This document shows positions 35,381 through 46,620 of a stretch of DNA of 64,000 nt, piece after piece. The stretch is from positions 3,411,540-3,475,539 of the forward strand of contig MU062380.1 in the NCBI GenBank assembly GCA_013265495.1, in the 5' to 3' direction. The position numbers and the translations under genes were made by a program. Under the pieces are notes generated by a model, which worked only from the letters and a program-made list of their open reading frames with translations, ran no database searches and was not told where the DNA came from. Source of the DNA: Vicugna vicugna (Eukaryota). Position 1 is the first letter of the stretch; each line of letters begins with the position of its first letter.

Positions 35381-36570
35381 CAGCTGCCTTTCTTCATGTC
35401 AAAGAGAATGTATTAGCCAAACATGCCTGCACCCTTCTTACTGCCTCTGCTTTCATCCCATCTTACTTCCAGGCCATACTCCACATTCATCACCTCTTCC
35501 CCTTCTGCTCCCAACCCCAGATTAAAAATTCAAATCCAAAACCATTGTCCAGAAATGTAGATTTTTACTGCAGATTTTGTGTGATTACAGAGGAGGGGGT
35601 TCCTCACAAACAAAATGCCCTAACAATGCCCTTTAAACATCTCTGTTTTTCCCCCTAGTTCTTACTTCTGCAGTTCAGAGCTGTCTCATCCCTCTTCATT
35701 TGCCCCCTGCCAAGTTGGCTCTGGGAGCCCCTCGAGCCAAGCTGCCTCGCCCTTCACCTGCCTCCAACTCTATAGTCAGCAGAACAAAACACAGCCACCG
35801 GCCAAGCCACGACTCTTAGAGTTCTTAGTTTACAGGGCCTCTTGCATTTTTAAGAAATTTGGAACAGAAAGTGTTGCCCATTTTTTCCATTGCTTGATGA
35901 TATTCTTCCCTCCATCATTGCCGCCCTATGCCCTCTCTGCTGTCTGTGGCCAACTGAAATCTTATGTCCATCAAGGTCCACTTTAAATGTCCAATTTTCT
36001 GGAAACTTTTCCATAAAACCTCCAAGTAAAGATGATTTTTCTCTCCCCTAAGTATGTGTGCTACTTCTTTTATTCTACTTGATGCTACAGGCAATGTTAT
36101 AGTTGTTTTTCTCTCCCTCTCCTTTAAGAGCAAGTTCCGTTTCTTACTCAACATCCCCTGAAGAGCCTGCCTCAGGACCCAGTGCACAGGCTGCTCCAGT
36201 CCTGATTGGATTATAATGAAATCATTCATATTTCTTTTCTTAGGCTTTAGTAAAAGTGTCTTCAAGAAAGTGACTGAATTTCATGTTTCCAAATGACAGC
36301 CTATTTCAGTTCCAGAGTCAGCTAGCAGAAACCACTCCCCTCTGGGGAGGAGCTCTGTAGATATTATGGGTGGGTGCAGAACAGCTGTTAATAGTCTCAG
36401 AGAGAAGTTCTCTATTCAAGTAAAAGATACAGTTAACATTTTTGCCTGGGTTGATTCTAGCTTTCTAAAATGCAGCACCAATATGGTCTCAACATGAAAC
36501 CATAAATATGTTTATTCCTATAAGCATCTTCATTACCCTGGATTAAATAAGAATAAAAAGTAAAATGAAG

Positions 36571-36698
36571 GGGTGGTATATAGCTCAGTGGTAGAGTGCA
36601 TATTTAGCATGCATGAGGTCCTGTGTTCAATTCCCCAGTACTTCCATTAAATAAATAAATAAACCTAATTACCTCCGTCCCACCCCAATTTTTTTTTT
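36571..36698 (+). mobile_element. Young camelid-type (Vic-1-like) tRNA-derived SINE
   Basis: A box TAGCTCAGTGG (36581-36591), B box GTTCAATTCC (36625-36634), (TAAA)n tail. Perfect 15-bp TSD aaaagtaaaatgaag (36556-36570 / 36699-36713). Confidence 0.9.
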
Positions 36699-37494
36699 AA
36701 AAGTAAAATGAAGTTCTCCAGTTTATTTCTTAACATTTTTCCCATTCCAAAAGTAGTACATTTCATTAGAGGAAAAATTTTAAATGGAATGAAAAAGCAA
36801 AATACTTTTTAAAATCTGTATTTCTACAACCTAAGGACAATCACAGGATTTTTTGTCATGTTTTTCCAAACTTTTTTCCTTGTATAAGATTTTTTAAAAC
36901 ATTGTAATCATGCTATAGATATACTGTATTCTGCTTTTTTACTTAAGATTTTAAGTAAGCATTTTTCTATACTCTTTATTATGTATAATGATATCCATAA
37001 TATTATGGGTACATAAAATTCCAACAAGAGGAAATAATTATAATTTACTTAATTGTCTCCCGTATTTGAACTTAAAGTTGCTTAAAAAATGAAGAAGAAA
37101 TATAAATAAGTACTTAAATAAATACCGATTCTCTAAACATTTTGCATTTACTCATAGAGTTATCTGCTTTTTAAAGTTCAGTTTATCTTTGCTTCTCATG
37201 TGCTATTGGCTCTTCCAGATGCTGTGCCCATGCCCACCTCCAGTTTTCCTGGCATCCTGTGGCAATGCCATAGGCTCTTGCTTCCTTGACTCCCAACCTG
37301 GTCTATAAACACTTATTGCCTTACCATCCCTGCCCAAAAGGGCATGCTCTTAATTTCTTTTGGTTTATGCTTGTCTTGAGCAGAAGCAGCCAGTCCCCAG
37401 AAAATCAATTCAGTGGGAACCAGTTTATGAATGACTACTCTGAATGGCAAGCTGACCTAGGCCACCCATTGTGAGCAAGTCTGAAGTCTGTGGA

Positions 37495-37700
37495 ATATAG
37501 CAAACTTTGGAGCTAGACACATGGAGCTTCAAACCTAGGCTCCTGTTCCAATGCCTTTGCAGTTTATCACCCTGTGATCTTTAGGCAAAAGACCTAACCT
37601 CTCTAGCCTCAGTTTCCTCATCTATGAAATGGATCCCTAGACAGAGTTTTGGAGATAAAATAAGATCATGCATTCAAAGCACCTGATGTAGGACCATTGT
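37495..37700 (+). mobile_element. MIR SINE
   Basis: ttcaaacctaggctcc...acctaacctctctagcctcagtttcctcatctatgaaatgg. Confidence 0.7.
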
Positions 37701-38004
37701 GGTGAGGCATGATGGAAAGTTGTTAGATGCCATCTTCCTCTCTGGAGAATGGTAGGAAGGATCAAACAGTTGGCAAAATGTATGCTGTCCTACATCTGGA
37801 TCCTAGTTTCTTCTCTCTTTTAAAATCCAGCTCCTATAAACCTGTCTCTTTAAAAGATCAGCCTCCCTTTTCTTCTAAATATTCTAGAGATAAAAATCCA
37901 GTCGAAGTTTTAAAATGCACTTATGTGGTGGTTTTTCCACATGCGGTAAAGACAGTTGGGTATGATGTCCTCCCAGGAGCATTTTTAAAATATCAGGGTA
38001 ACTT

Positions 38005-38300
38005 CTGTTTTTTTTTTATTATGGAAATCTTCAAATATACACAAAAAGAGAGGAAATGGTATAATGAACCAACACCATGTACTCATCCCTCAGCTTTTAC
38101 AATTTTAAATATTTGCCTGTGTCATTTTATCTATCCCCCTACGTATTTCACTTTTGTTTTTGCTGTATTATTTTAAAGCAAACTCTGATGGTGTTTTATT
38201 TTACCCATAAATACTTCAGCATATATTTCTAACCTTTAAGAAGGTCTTTTTCCTACATAACCACAATGCTATTATCACACGTAACAAAATTATCAATAAT
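38005..38300 (-). mobile_element. Old L1 3' end (L1MC/ME-like)
   Basis: ttttattatggaaatcttcaaatatacacaaaaagagag...acataaccacaatgctattatcacac. Confidence 0.7.
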
Positions 38301-38727
38301 CTCAGGAGCATTTTAAAAATAGGATTCTGGAAAAAGCAAGTCAAAGGAATGAGTAATACAGAATTTCAAGCACCAGGGTAAGCAGTTTGAAAAGATGCTT
38401 TTGGCAAAGTGGGTACTTTCACTCTTCTAAATGACATCACAGTGCCAGATGCCACTTTCTCCTACATATCCAAAATTGGATTTACTTTCTTACCCCAAAA
38501 TGCATTCTCTAGTTCAGTTCAAGGCATCAGAGTCCATCCAGGAGCTCAAGTTTGAGACCCAGAGTCCTTGTGGAGCTTTCCCCACTCCCCTCTCTCTGGC
38601 ACTGCATTTTCCCAGTTTTGAAGTCCTAAATCTCAGGGTGAATATTGCTCACATCCATCCCCTCCTCTCCAGCTGCACTTCTGCCCCTTTTGGGCCCCCA
38701 TTATCTATCTCTACACTGAGGTATAAA

Positions 38728-39165
38728 AATGTCTTCCTTTGGGTTCCCTCAGAAACAGAGCTTGAAACAAGGATTTCAGTATAAATAATTTATTCTAGAG
38801 GTACCTGGGAACTTCATAGCAGAATGAGACAAGAAAGTGAAAGAAGCCAGTACAGGGTGTGTTATCAAGCACTGCAGGACACTAGAGCTCCAATCCGCTG
38901 GGAAACCTTGCGGTGCATTACAGAACACACCTCAGAGTTATCCCAACTGACTGGGAAGGGAGCTGGGGTATTAATCCACTGACTCCATTCATCATCACAT
39001 GATGGCTGCTCTCAGGAGCAAGAAGTCCCCGGCACTTCCAGCTGCACCGTGTACAGGCTGAGCCTGCTGCCAGTCAGAACACAGAGGGTCACAAAGTCAC
39101 AGACTTTGGGGGTACAGTGGTGAATATGGAGGACACGGCAGGGCACTAGCAGCACTCACTGTACT
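38728..39165 (-). mobile_element. ERVL LTR (LTR16-like)
   Basis: tgtcttcctttgggttccctcagaaacagagcttgaaacaaggattt...gagctggggtattaatccac. Confidence 0.65.
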
Positions 39166-39727
39166 GCCTCTCTTCTTGCTCTCATCTCACAAAGAGGCCA
39201 GGGATAACTTTCCAAAGTGCAAATCTGATTCCAGCACTTCTGTATTCAATAAAAAGGGCATGTGGATGATGCTAAAGAACAACCTTGCTTATTTCCCCTG
39301 ATGGAGGTGACTGTCTTGAGTGGTACTGAACCACGTGATCCTGAGCACCTTTGACATCCCTTCTGCAAGTGGACAAAGTTTGAATTGGACTTTGAGTCCA
39401 GTTGAGTTCAGTTGTGAATTCAATGGAGAGATAGCTTTATTCATATGTTTCTCATTAAAACCTTGTTTATTTATAGAGCAGGTTTGGAGGGGAAGGGGCA
39501 AGTGATCCCTTCTGGTTTGGATTCTGCTAGTGCAGCCCTTTACCTCTCAGCAGTTTTGCATAATCCTTCCAAGCAGTGGAGTGCCTCTCTCCACCAGTGC
39601 CACTGCGCCAAAGCTATCGTGGCAATCCTTTGTTCTTCTTTATGCAGTCACATTATCTGGGAATCTCAATGTGATTTACAAGCTTATATAACTTCCCATA
39701 TGAGTCAGCATGCTCATTAAGAAGGCA

Positions 39728-39950
39728 GCATGGTGGAGGGGAAAGAACACAGCATTTGGTGCCAGATAGAGCAAGTTCAGTTCCTGCATCTGCCACTTCC
39801 TGTGTGTTAGACAAGTTATTCTACCTCTCTGAGCCTCAGTTTCTTCCTCTAATAAATGGGGATTATAGTACCTATCTAGGAGGGGTGTTATAAGAATTGA
39901 AAGAGGTAAAGAACAGTCAGTGTGATACATAACAGGCCCTGAATCAGTGT
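39728..39950 (+). mobile_element. MIR SINE
   Basis: gcatggtggagg...agacaagttattctacctctctgagcctcagtttcttcctctaataaatggggattatagtacct. Confidence 0.8.
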
Positions 39951-42209
39951 TCACCTTCCCCATCCTGCATCCTGACTTTACAGATCTGGCAGCAAGTTTT
40001 TGAACCTTACCAACCTGCAGTGAGTGAAAAATGCTGATTTATCTTTGTCTGCTTTTAGCACCTGGATTTTAGATGGAAGTTCAAATCAGTTCTTTGTAAA
40101 GGAAAATTGCTCCTGCTCCACTCTGGGTAAAGAAGCCACACTGTGTGTGAAATAAATCTGTACCAGAGAGGGCTGGGGTACTCTAGGAAGGACTAGGCTC
40201 TCACAGCCTGGCTCAGCCCCAGCTGCAGTGGCAGCCGCAGATCGCTGACGTTCAGAAGCCACTTGTGAGCACACAGCGAGACAGACAGCCAGAAAACCAG
40301 AATGTGCAGGAGAGGATGTGAGAGCCCATCTGCATAGCTGCTCACCGCAGTGGGGAGCGGTTGGGAACAACGTTGCAGAATGCCTGTGGCTAGAAGTGGC
40401 AGTGCACAAATGAGGGTGCTGCTGTGCCTTCCAGGGCTGGGGACATTTCTGGAACTGTTTCTCCAAAGTGATTGGAACAAACACCTGCAAGTTAATAAAT
40501 AAATAAGAATAAATAAAACCCCTGGTCAGAAATAAGCACTGCTGCAAATGCTCTACCCTGCCGATCACAACGCTATTAGGGCAGGATTACCAGACAAGCT
40601 CATTTCCAGCTCTTTACAGCCAGCATAATACCTAGTTAGCAGTTAGCTAGGGCAAGCAGAGAAAGAGTTTGTAATTAAGGGGTGATCAGTGAGTGCAGTG
40701 TATCCATAAGAGCAAAGAAACCTCTAAAAAGAATAATCAGGAGCCAATCTTTGAACTTAGAAACTATAAAACATTAGAAGAGAGGTTCTTTCAGATCATT
40801 GAGCCGTTCTGGTGATATTTAAATGCTAAAAAAAGCAACAGAACTGTTTCTTCAAATAAAATCTTATGCAGATTCTCCTTCTGTAAAGAAAATAAAAGGG
40901 ATGCTGTTCTGAGTAGGGGAGGGAAGGGGGACAGGAGGGCAGTGTAGTCTGGACTCTTGGTCTGTGAACCTCACTCTTGGTCTCCTGGCGTGGCCCAGAA
41001 ATATGTCTTGCAAATCCTGAGGCCCCACTGATCCTGCTGTGAAAATCTCTAGTCTAGTCCACCCTTCACATTGTACAAATTAGGAATTTGGGTTCAAAGC
41101 TGGGAAGTGATTAGCCTAAGGTCACTCAGCAGAATTGGGACTAGAGCCCAAACCTCTTGATTTTTAAGTTCTTTGCTCTCTCCTAAAAACCATCTCCTCT
41201 TTAAAAAAGGGGGGGGTGTCTTTAAAGATAAAGTTACCCCATGAAATAACTTGTTAAAGTAAATGAGAAAGCCAGAGGCATCCAAGTTTAAATACTGGCT
41301 TTGGAAAGGATCCAATTCTATCTTGTCTGCTGGACCCAAGTGCAATTTCTTGTTACATTTATTTTAAGACTATTAGTATGACAGTCACAAAATCCAAGGA
41401 GAATTGCTAAATTAGTGGTCTCTTAAGCTAGGATAAGTCTAATCAGTTTGTGCCTTTTAGAAAACTACAACTTAAAATAACTACACTAGCTTAGTGTTTT
41501 TAAATTAAATGTATCTATATTGGCACAGTAAGAAGGTAGTCTGAAATGCATGGCAGGTGGAGATGGCCAAACCAACGCCCTTACATAGTGGAGCACAAGG
41601 CACACCGGCCTCCTGATCTACTCCTTGTTGTGAGACCTTGGACAAGTTACCACCTCTCTGACCTCAACATTTTTTCAACCTGTAAAATAATTAAATCTTC
41701 AAAGTCACGAAAAGTCAGTATTCAACAGAACCCCAACACAGAACTTCCCAGTTCTCTGGGTCAGCCAGCGCTATGACTATTTCATGTGCAACAGACGTCT
41801 CCATCTTCAAGGCTGAGGACCTGGCAGTGTAATAATTGTAGAAGAGAGACAAACAGCAACGTGGAGACCACCGTAGGATAGACAGAAAGAGGGAGGAGGG
41901 AAGCAGATGGAGAGAAAAGCAAAGGCTCTCCTTTAATGTTCAGAGGACTGGATTTTGGTCCACATCTATCCTGTACATTTGTGTGACACCTATTACCCTG
42001 AAGTCCTCTTAGTGGCAAAATAAATGGCATATATGTAGATGAAGAAAATTCTGTAGGAACATAACCAAAATGCTAACAGTGTTTTTTTCTGGATTGTATG
42101 ATTATGAATGCCCTACATTTCTTCCTTCCTTCCTTTCTCCTTATATGTATTTCCTAAATTTTGAACCTTATCTATAAGTTACTTGTGCCCTCCTCCCTCA
42201 CCAGAAGGT

Positions 42210-43209
42210 NNNNNNNNNNNNNNNNNNNNNNNNNNNNNNNNNNNNNNNNNNNNNNNNNNNNNNNNNNNNNNNNNNNNNNNNNNNNNNNNNNNNNNNNNNN
42301 NNNNNNNNNNNNNNNNNNNNNNNNNNNNNNNNNNNNNNNNNNNNATACAAAAACAGACACAGATCAATGGAACAAGATAGAGAGCCCAGAAATAAACCTA
42401 TGCATATATGAACAATTAATTTATAACAAAAGAGCCAAGAATATATAATGGGAAAATGACATTCTCTCCAATAAATGGTGTTAGAAAAACTGGNNNNNNN
42501 NNNNNNNNNNNNNNNNNNNNNNNNNNNNNNNNNNNNNNNNNNNNNNNNNNNNNNNNNNNNNNNNNNNNNNNNNNNNNNNNNNNNNNNNNNNNNNNNNNNN
42601 NNNNNNNNNNNNNNNNNNNNNNNNNNNNNTGATATCAGTCTTAGTGGGTTTTTGTTTTTGTTTTAGATCTAACTCTAAAGGCAAGGGAAACAAAAGCAAA
42701 AATAAACAAATGGGACCATAACAAACTAAAAAGCTCCTACACGGTGAAGGAAACCATCAACAAAACAAAAAGGCAACCTAGTAAATGGGAGATGTTTTCA
42801 AATCAAATCATGTATCTGATAAGGGGCTAATATTCAAAATATGTCAAGAACTCACNNNNNNNNNNNNNNNNNNNNNNNNNNNNNNNNNNNNNNNNNNNNN
42901 NNNNNNNNNNNNNNNNNNNNNNNNNNNNNNNNNNNNNNNNNNNNNNNNNNNNNNNNNNNNNNNNNNNNNNNNNNNNNNNNNNNNNNNNNNNNNNNNNNNN
43001 NNNNNNNNNNNNNNNNNNNNNNNNNNNNNNNNNNNNNNNNNNNNNNNNNNNNNNNNNNNNNNNNNNNNNNNNNNNNNNNNNNNNNNNNNNNNNNNNNNNN
43101 NNNNNNNNNNNNNNNNNNNNNNNNNNNNNNNNNNNNNNNNNNNNNNNNNNNNNNNNNNNNNNNNNNNNNNNNNNNNNNNNNNNNNNNNNNNNNNNNNNNN
43201 NNNNNNNNN
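42210..43209. other. Three N-runs (42210-42344, 42494-42629, 42856-43209)
   Basis: Unsequenced bases, read directly. Confidence 0.98.
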
Positions 43210-43712
43210 GTATTTATCTAAAGACTATGAAAACACTAAGATGTGGGGTGTGTGTGTATACATACAGCTTCTCGTCAGAAAAACATTTTGTCTTAGAACC
43301 TTGAGTAGAATCATTTAGCCAACTCCATCATTGTGTGTGTGTGTGTATGTGTGTACACACAATGGAATACTATGGAGCCATGACAAGAAGGAAATTTTGC
43401 TATTTCCAACAACATGGATGGACCTAGAGGGTATTATTCTAAGTGAAATAAGTCAGACAGAAGCAGACGGATACCGTATGAGTTCACTTATATGTGGAAT
43501 CTTAAAAACAAAAACAAACTCATGAATACAGAGAACAGACTGGTTGTTGCCAGAGAGGAAGAGGATCAGAGGAGGGTGAAATGGATGGAGAGGTCAATTA
43601 TATGGTGATGGATGGTGACTAGACTTATTTTGTATAAACAAATAATGATTTATAATGTTGTACACCTAAAATTTATATAATGTTTTATACCAACTTTACC
43701 TCAATTTAAAAA
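42346..43712 (+). mobile_element. L1 ORF2 3' part and 3' UTR, broken by N-gaps
   Basis: Translates to L1 ORF2 motifs (TDQWNKIESPEINLCIYEQLIYNKRAKN; SDKGLIFKI). Typical L1 3' UTR at 43340-43712. Confidence 0.85.
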
Positions 43713-43934
43713 AGAGAAAAATTGTGTGATTTTTAAAAAATTGCAGGCAACATAGATCACGTCTTAAAGCAGTAGCAGTAGCTTTCAGTTCTTCTGGACC
43801 ATAGCCCACAGTAAAAAACATATTTTTAATTGTGACATCACAATACATAAATCAACACACATACATGGCATGTAACAAAGATGCCACAAAATAATACTTT
43901 ATTATTACTACCTGTGATACATTCTGGTGTTTCT

Positions 43935-44110
43935 CACTTAACCTCCTAACAGCTCCATGAGGATAGGGTCCTTAGCCCCACTTTACAGAGGAGGAAAGTG
44001 AAGCTTAGGTTAAATAACTTGTCCCAGATCAGCAAGTGGCAGAGTTGGTTTCTAACAAACATCTCCTTGACGCCAACCCCCATATTCCCAACTACAACAT
44101 GTACTGTTTC
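43935..44110 (-). mobile_element. MIR SINE
   Basis: cccactttacagaggaggaaagtgaagcttaggttaaataacttgtcccag. Confidence 0.7.
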
Positions 44111-44295
44111 CTAATGGTCTTGCTTTGGTTTCCAGTCAAAGCCTTGACCTATCTGGTCTCACTTAAAGCTAGGAATGTTCAATTAAAGATAGTAGTAGGA
44201 TGTGGTAGCAAAGGATAAAGTTTATATAAGCGAATGGGTGTATATAAGAGGAAAAGAAGCAATTTTTTATAAATGCAATATCCTAAGCATTTTGG

Positions 44296-44468
44296 TTTTT
44301 TTTTTTTAGATTTTTAAAATTGAAGTACAGTCAGTTTACAATGTCAATTTCTGGTGTACAGCATAATGCTTCAGTTATACATGAACATACATATATATTC
44401 ATTTTCATATTCTTTTCACCATGAGTTACTACAAGATATTGAATATAGTTCCCTGTGTTATACAGTGT
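44296..44468 (-). mobile_element. Short young L1 3' end
   Basis: T-tail then attgaagtacagtcagtttacaatg.... Positions 44424-44457 are the exact reverse complement of 8866-8899. Confidence 0.8.
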
Positions 44469-46103
44469 GTATATGCTATTCAATTTAATCCTTTCTATGA
44501 CTTACAAATTAGGTATCTTCTCTCCGCCCGCCTCCATCTTACAGATTTGGATGCAGAGAGGTTTAGCAACTTTTTTACAATAAGTATTTATGTGGCTGTT
44601 GGACTGAAAGTTGTCCAAGGATAGAGACTGACTTCCTCATTTGTGCTTCTGTCTTTAGTGCCTAACAGTATCTGGTACACATTTCCTAAAGGAATAATGG
44701 AAAGAAATGGCCAAGTGTTAAATCCAGATCTGCCCAACTCCCAAATCTAATTCTTTCTAGTTCTGAACTCATAATTTATTAAAAACAATTGGTATTTGGC
44801 CATTGGGTTTTAACCCCTCATTTACTGCACAATTGGAAGTGTTATAAATCCTGGTTCCAAGGCCCATTTGAAGCTCTAGGTACATTAATTAGTTAATGAG
44901 TTCCCATCTCTTGGCTGAATTTATAATTAAGCAGGTTTTGTAAGACATAGTTAGACATAGTCTCTGGTGCCCTAAAATGCGTTAACATTCACCCATAGGA
45001 CCAGACTTGGAGAAAAACACAGGACTGGAAAATATTTTTATCATTCTCCAGTATCACTGCTCTCCCTGGTCACCATAAGCAATTACAGAACAGGAAGGTA
45101 CTTTTTAATTTTTTTAATCAGTAAACAAATTTTAAAAGGCATACAGTCTCATAGAGTTTCTTCACAATTCTTCTTAGAAATGAAATTTTGACTCACTAGC
45201 ACACAATGGTATTAACGTATAACAGTTTCTGTTCAGGAGTTGGATGAAGGTAAAAAATGAAAGACAAGTCAAGCGTGTTGCTAGAAGGTCACGCTCAGGT
45301 GTGCCTGGAGCCTTGCCCTAATGCTTCTGGACTCAACAGGGCAGGCCCAGGGGTCTGTGAATCTACTTTATCTTCTGATAAAGAGTGGCTGAATAAAATC
45401 GTTTCTCCTTATCTTTCTCACTCACTCCTGTGTTGACCTGGCCATGGCCCAGGGCACTTCACTGGACCTTTTCAGCGGTGCACTCATTTATTTCTTCATT
45501 TCCTCTGCTTTTCCCGAGTATTTGCTAAGAGCTCTCATGGGCTCAGGCTCTGCAAGGTGCTTGGGGCTACAGGAGGAACAGAGTACAAGCTTCTAGACTT
45601 GGTGGGCATTGTTGATAATACACCTGGAACTCAGGTGTGACTGTGAGGCCCCCAGGTGACTTTAACTATTATCGCCTTCCTTCCTTGCTGGCTCTGGAGA
45701 GCTCGGGAAGTCTTTCTTGTTACTGTGGCCTGTGGAGTGTGATTCTCCCTTATTTCCCTCTGCACAGGAGGTCACCATGACAACAACACAAAGATGGCCC
45801 TCTTGCCTTGAGTGAAATGGCACCCCTGTTACCAGGACAGCATGATCAGAGAGGTGTCGGCCCTTTACAAGGTAGTCAGTTAGAGAAGATGTAGGATCAC
45901 TTCAGCTTGGTGGCTAATTCTCCTGGCTTCCTGCAATGAGTTTGGCTACCTCTATTTCCAGTCTGCACTGTATCTACTGTTTTCATCCAAAATATTTTTT
46001 TAGCTTGGGATGGGGCTGGCTCTCCCAAGGTCAAATAGTCTCTTTACATTCTCCTTATGTTCTCCTCTGAGTTTCCCTCTATAACATCTGCCTTGTTCAA
46101 AAT

Positions 46104-46620
46104 CTTTTTTAAATAACAGTTTTATTAATATATAAGTCACCCTTTTAAAGTGTACAGTCCAGTAGTTTTCAGTTTACTTGCAAAGTTGTGCATCACCACT
46201 ATCTATTTTCAGAATATTTTATCACCTCCCCAAGAAATCACATACTCATTAACATTTGCTCCCCAGTCCTCCCTTTCCCCAGCCCCTGGCAACCACTAAT
46301 CTATTTTCTGTTTCTATGGATTTGCCTATTCTGGACATTTCATATAAATGGACTCACATAATATGTGTTCCTTTGTGACTGGCTTCTCTCAATTAACATG
46401 AAGTCTTCCAGGTTTATCCATGTTGTAACATATATCAGTACTTCACCCCTTTTTGACTGAATAATCAGTTGTATGGATATACCACATTTTGTTTATTCAT
46501 CAGTCAGTGGACACTTGGGTTGTTTCTTTTTGGCTATGATGAACATTCCTGCACAAGTTTTTGTCTCACAACATATGTTTTCAAATCTCTTGGCTATATA
46601 TCTAGAAGTGGAGTTTCTAG
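46104..46620 (-). mobile_element. L1MB-like 3' end
   Basis: cagcccctggcaaccactaatctattttctgtttctatggatttgcctattctggacatttcatataaatgg. Confidence 0.85.

Noticed and set aside
36571-36640. tRNA-like sequence with A and B boxes
   Set aside because: No matching 3' acceptor stem; followed by an AT-rich tail and flanked by a TSD. It is a SINE head, not a tRNA gene. The same applies at 21380, 24534 and 60898.
40086-40568. 160-aa - strand ORF (and 37727-38176, 22314-22751, 20664-21065, 54625-55023)
   Set aside because: No recognisable domain or exon structure, and several overlap repeats. This length is expected by chance in 64 kb over six frames with alternative starts.
42161-43318. Long ORFs of up to 177 aa
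   Set aside because: Held open by N-runs; the known parts are L1 ORF2 remnants.
8866-44457. Perfect 34-bp inverted match between 8866-8899 and 44424-44457
   Set aside because: Both are copies of the same L1 3' UTR family, not evidence of a local inversion.
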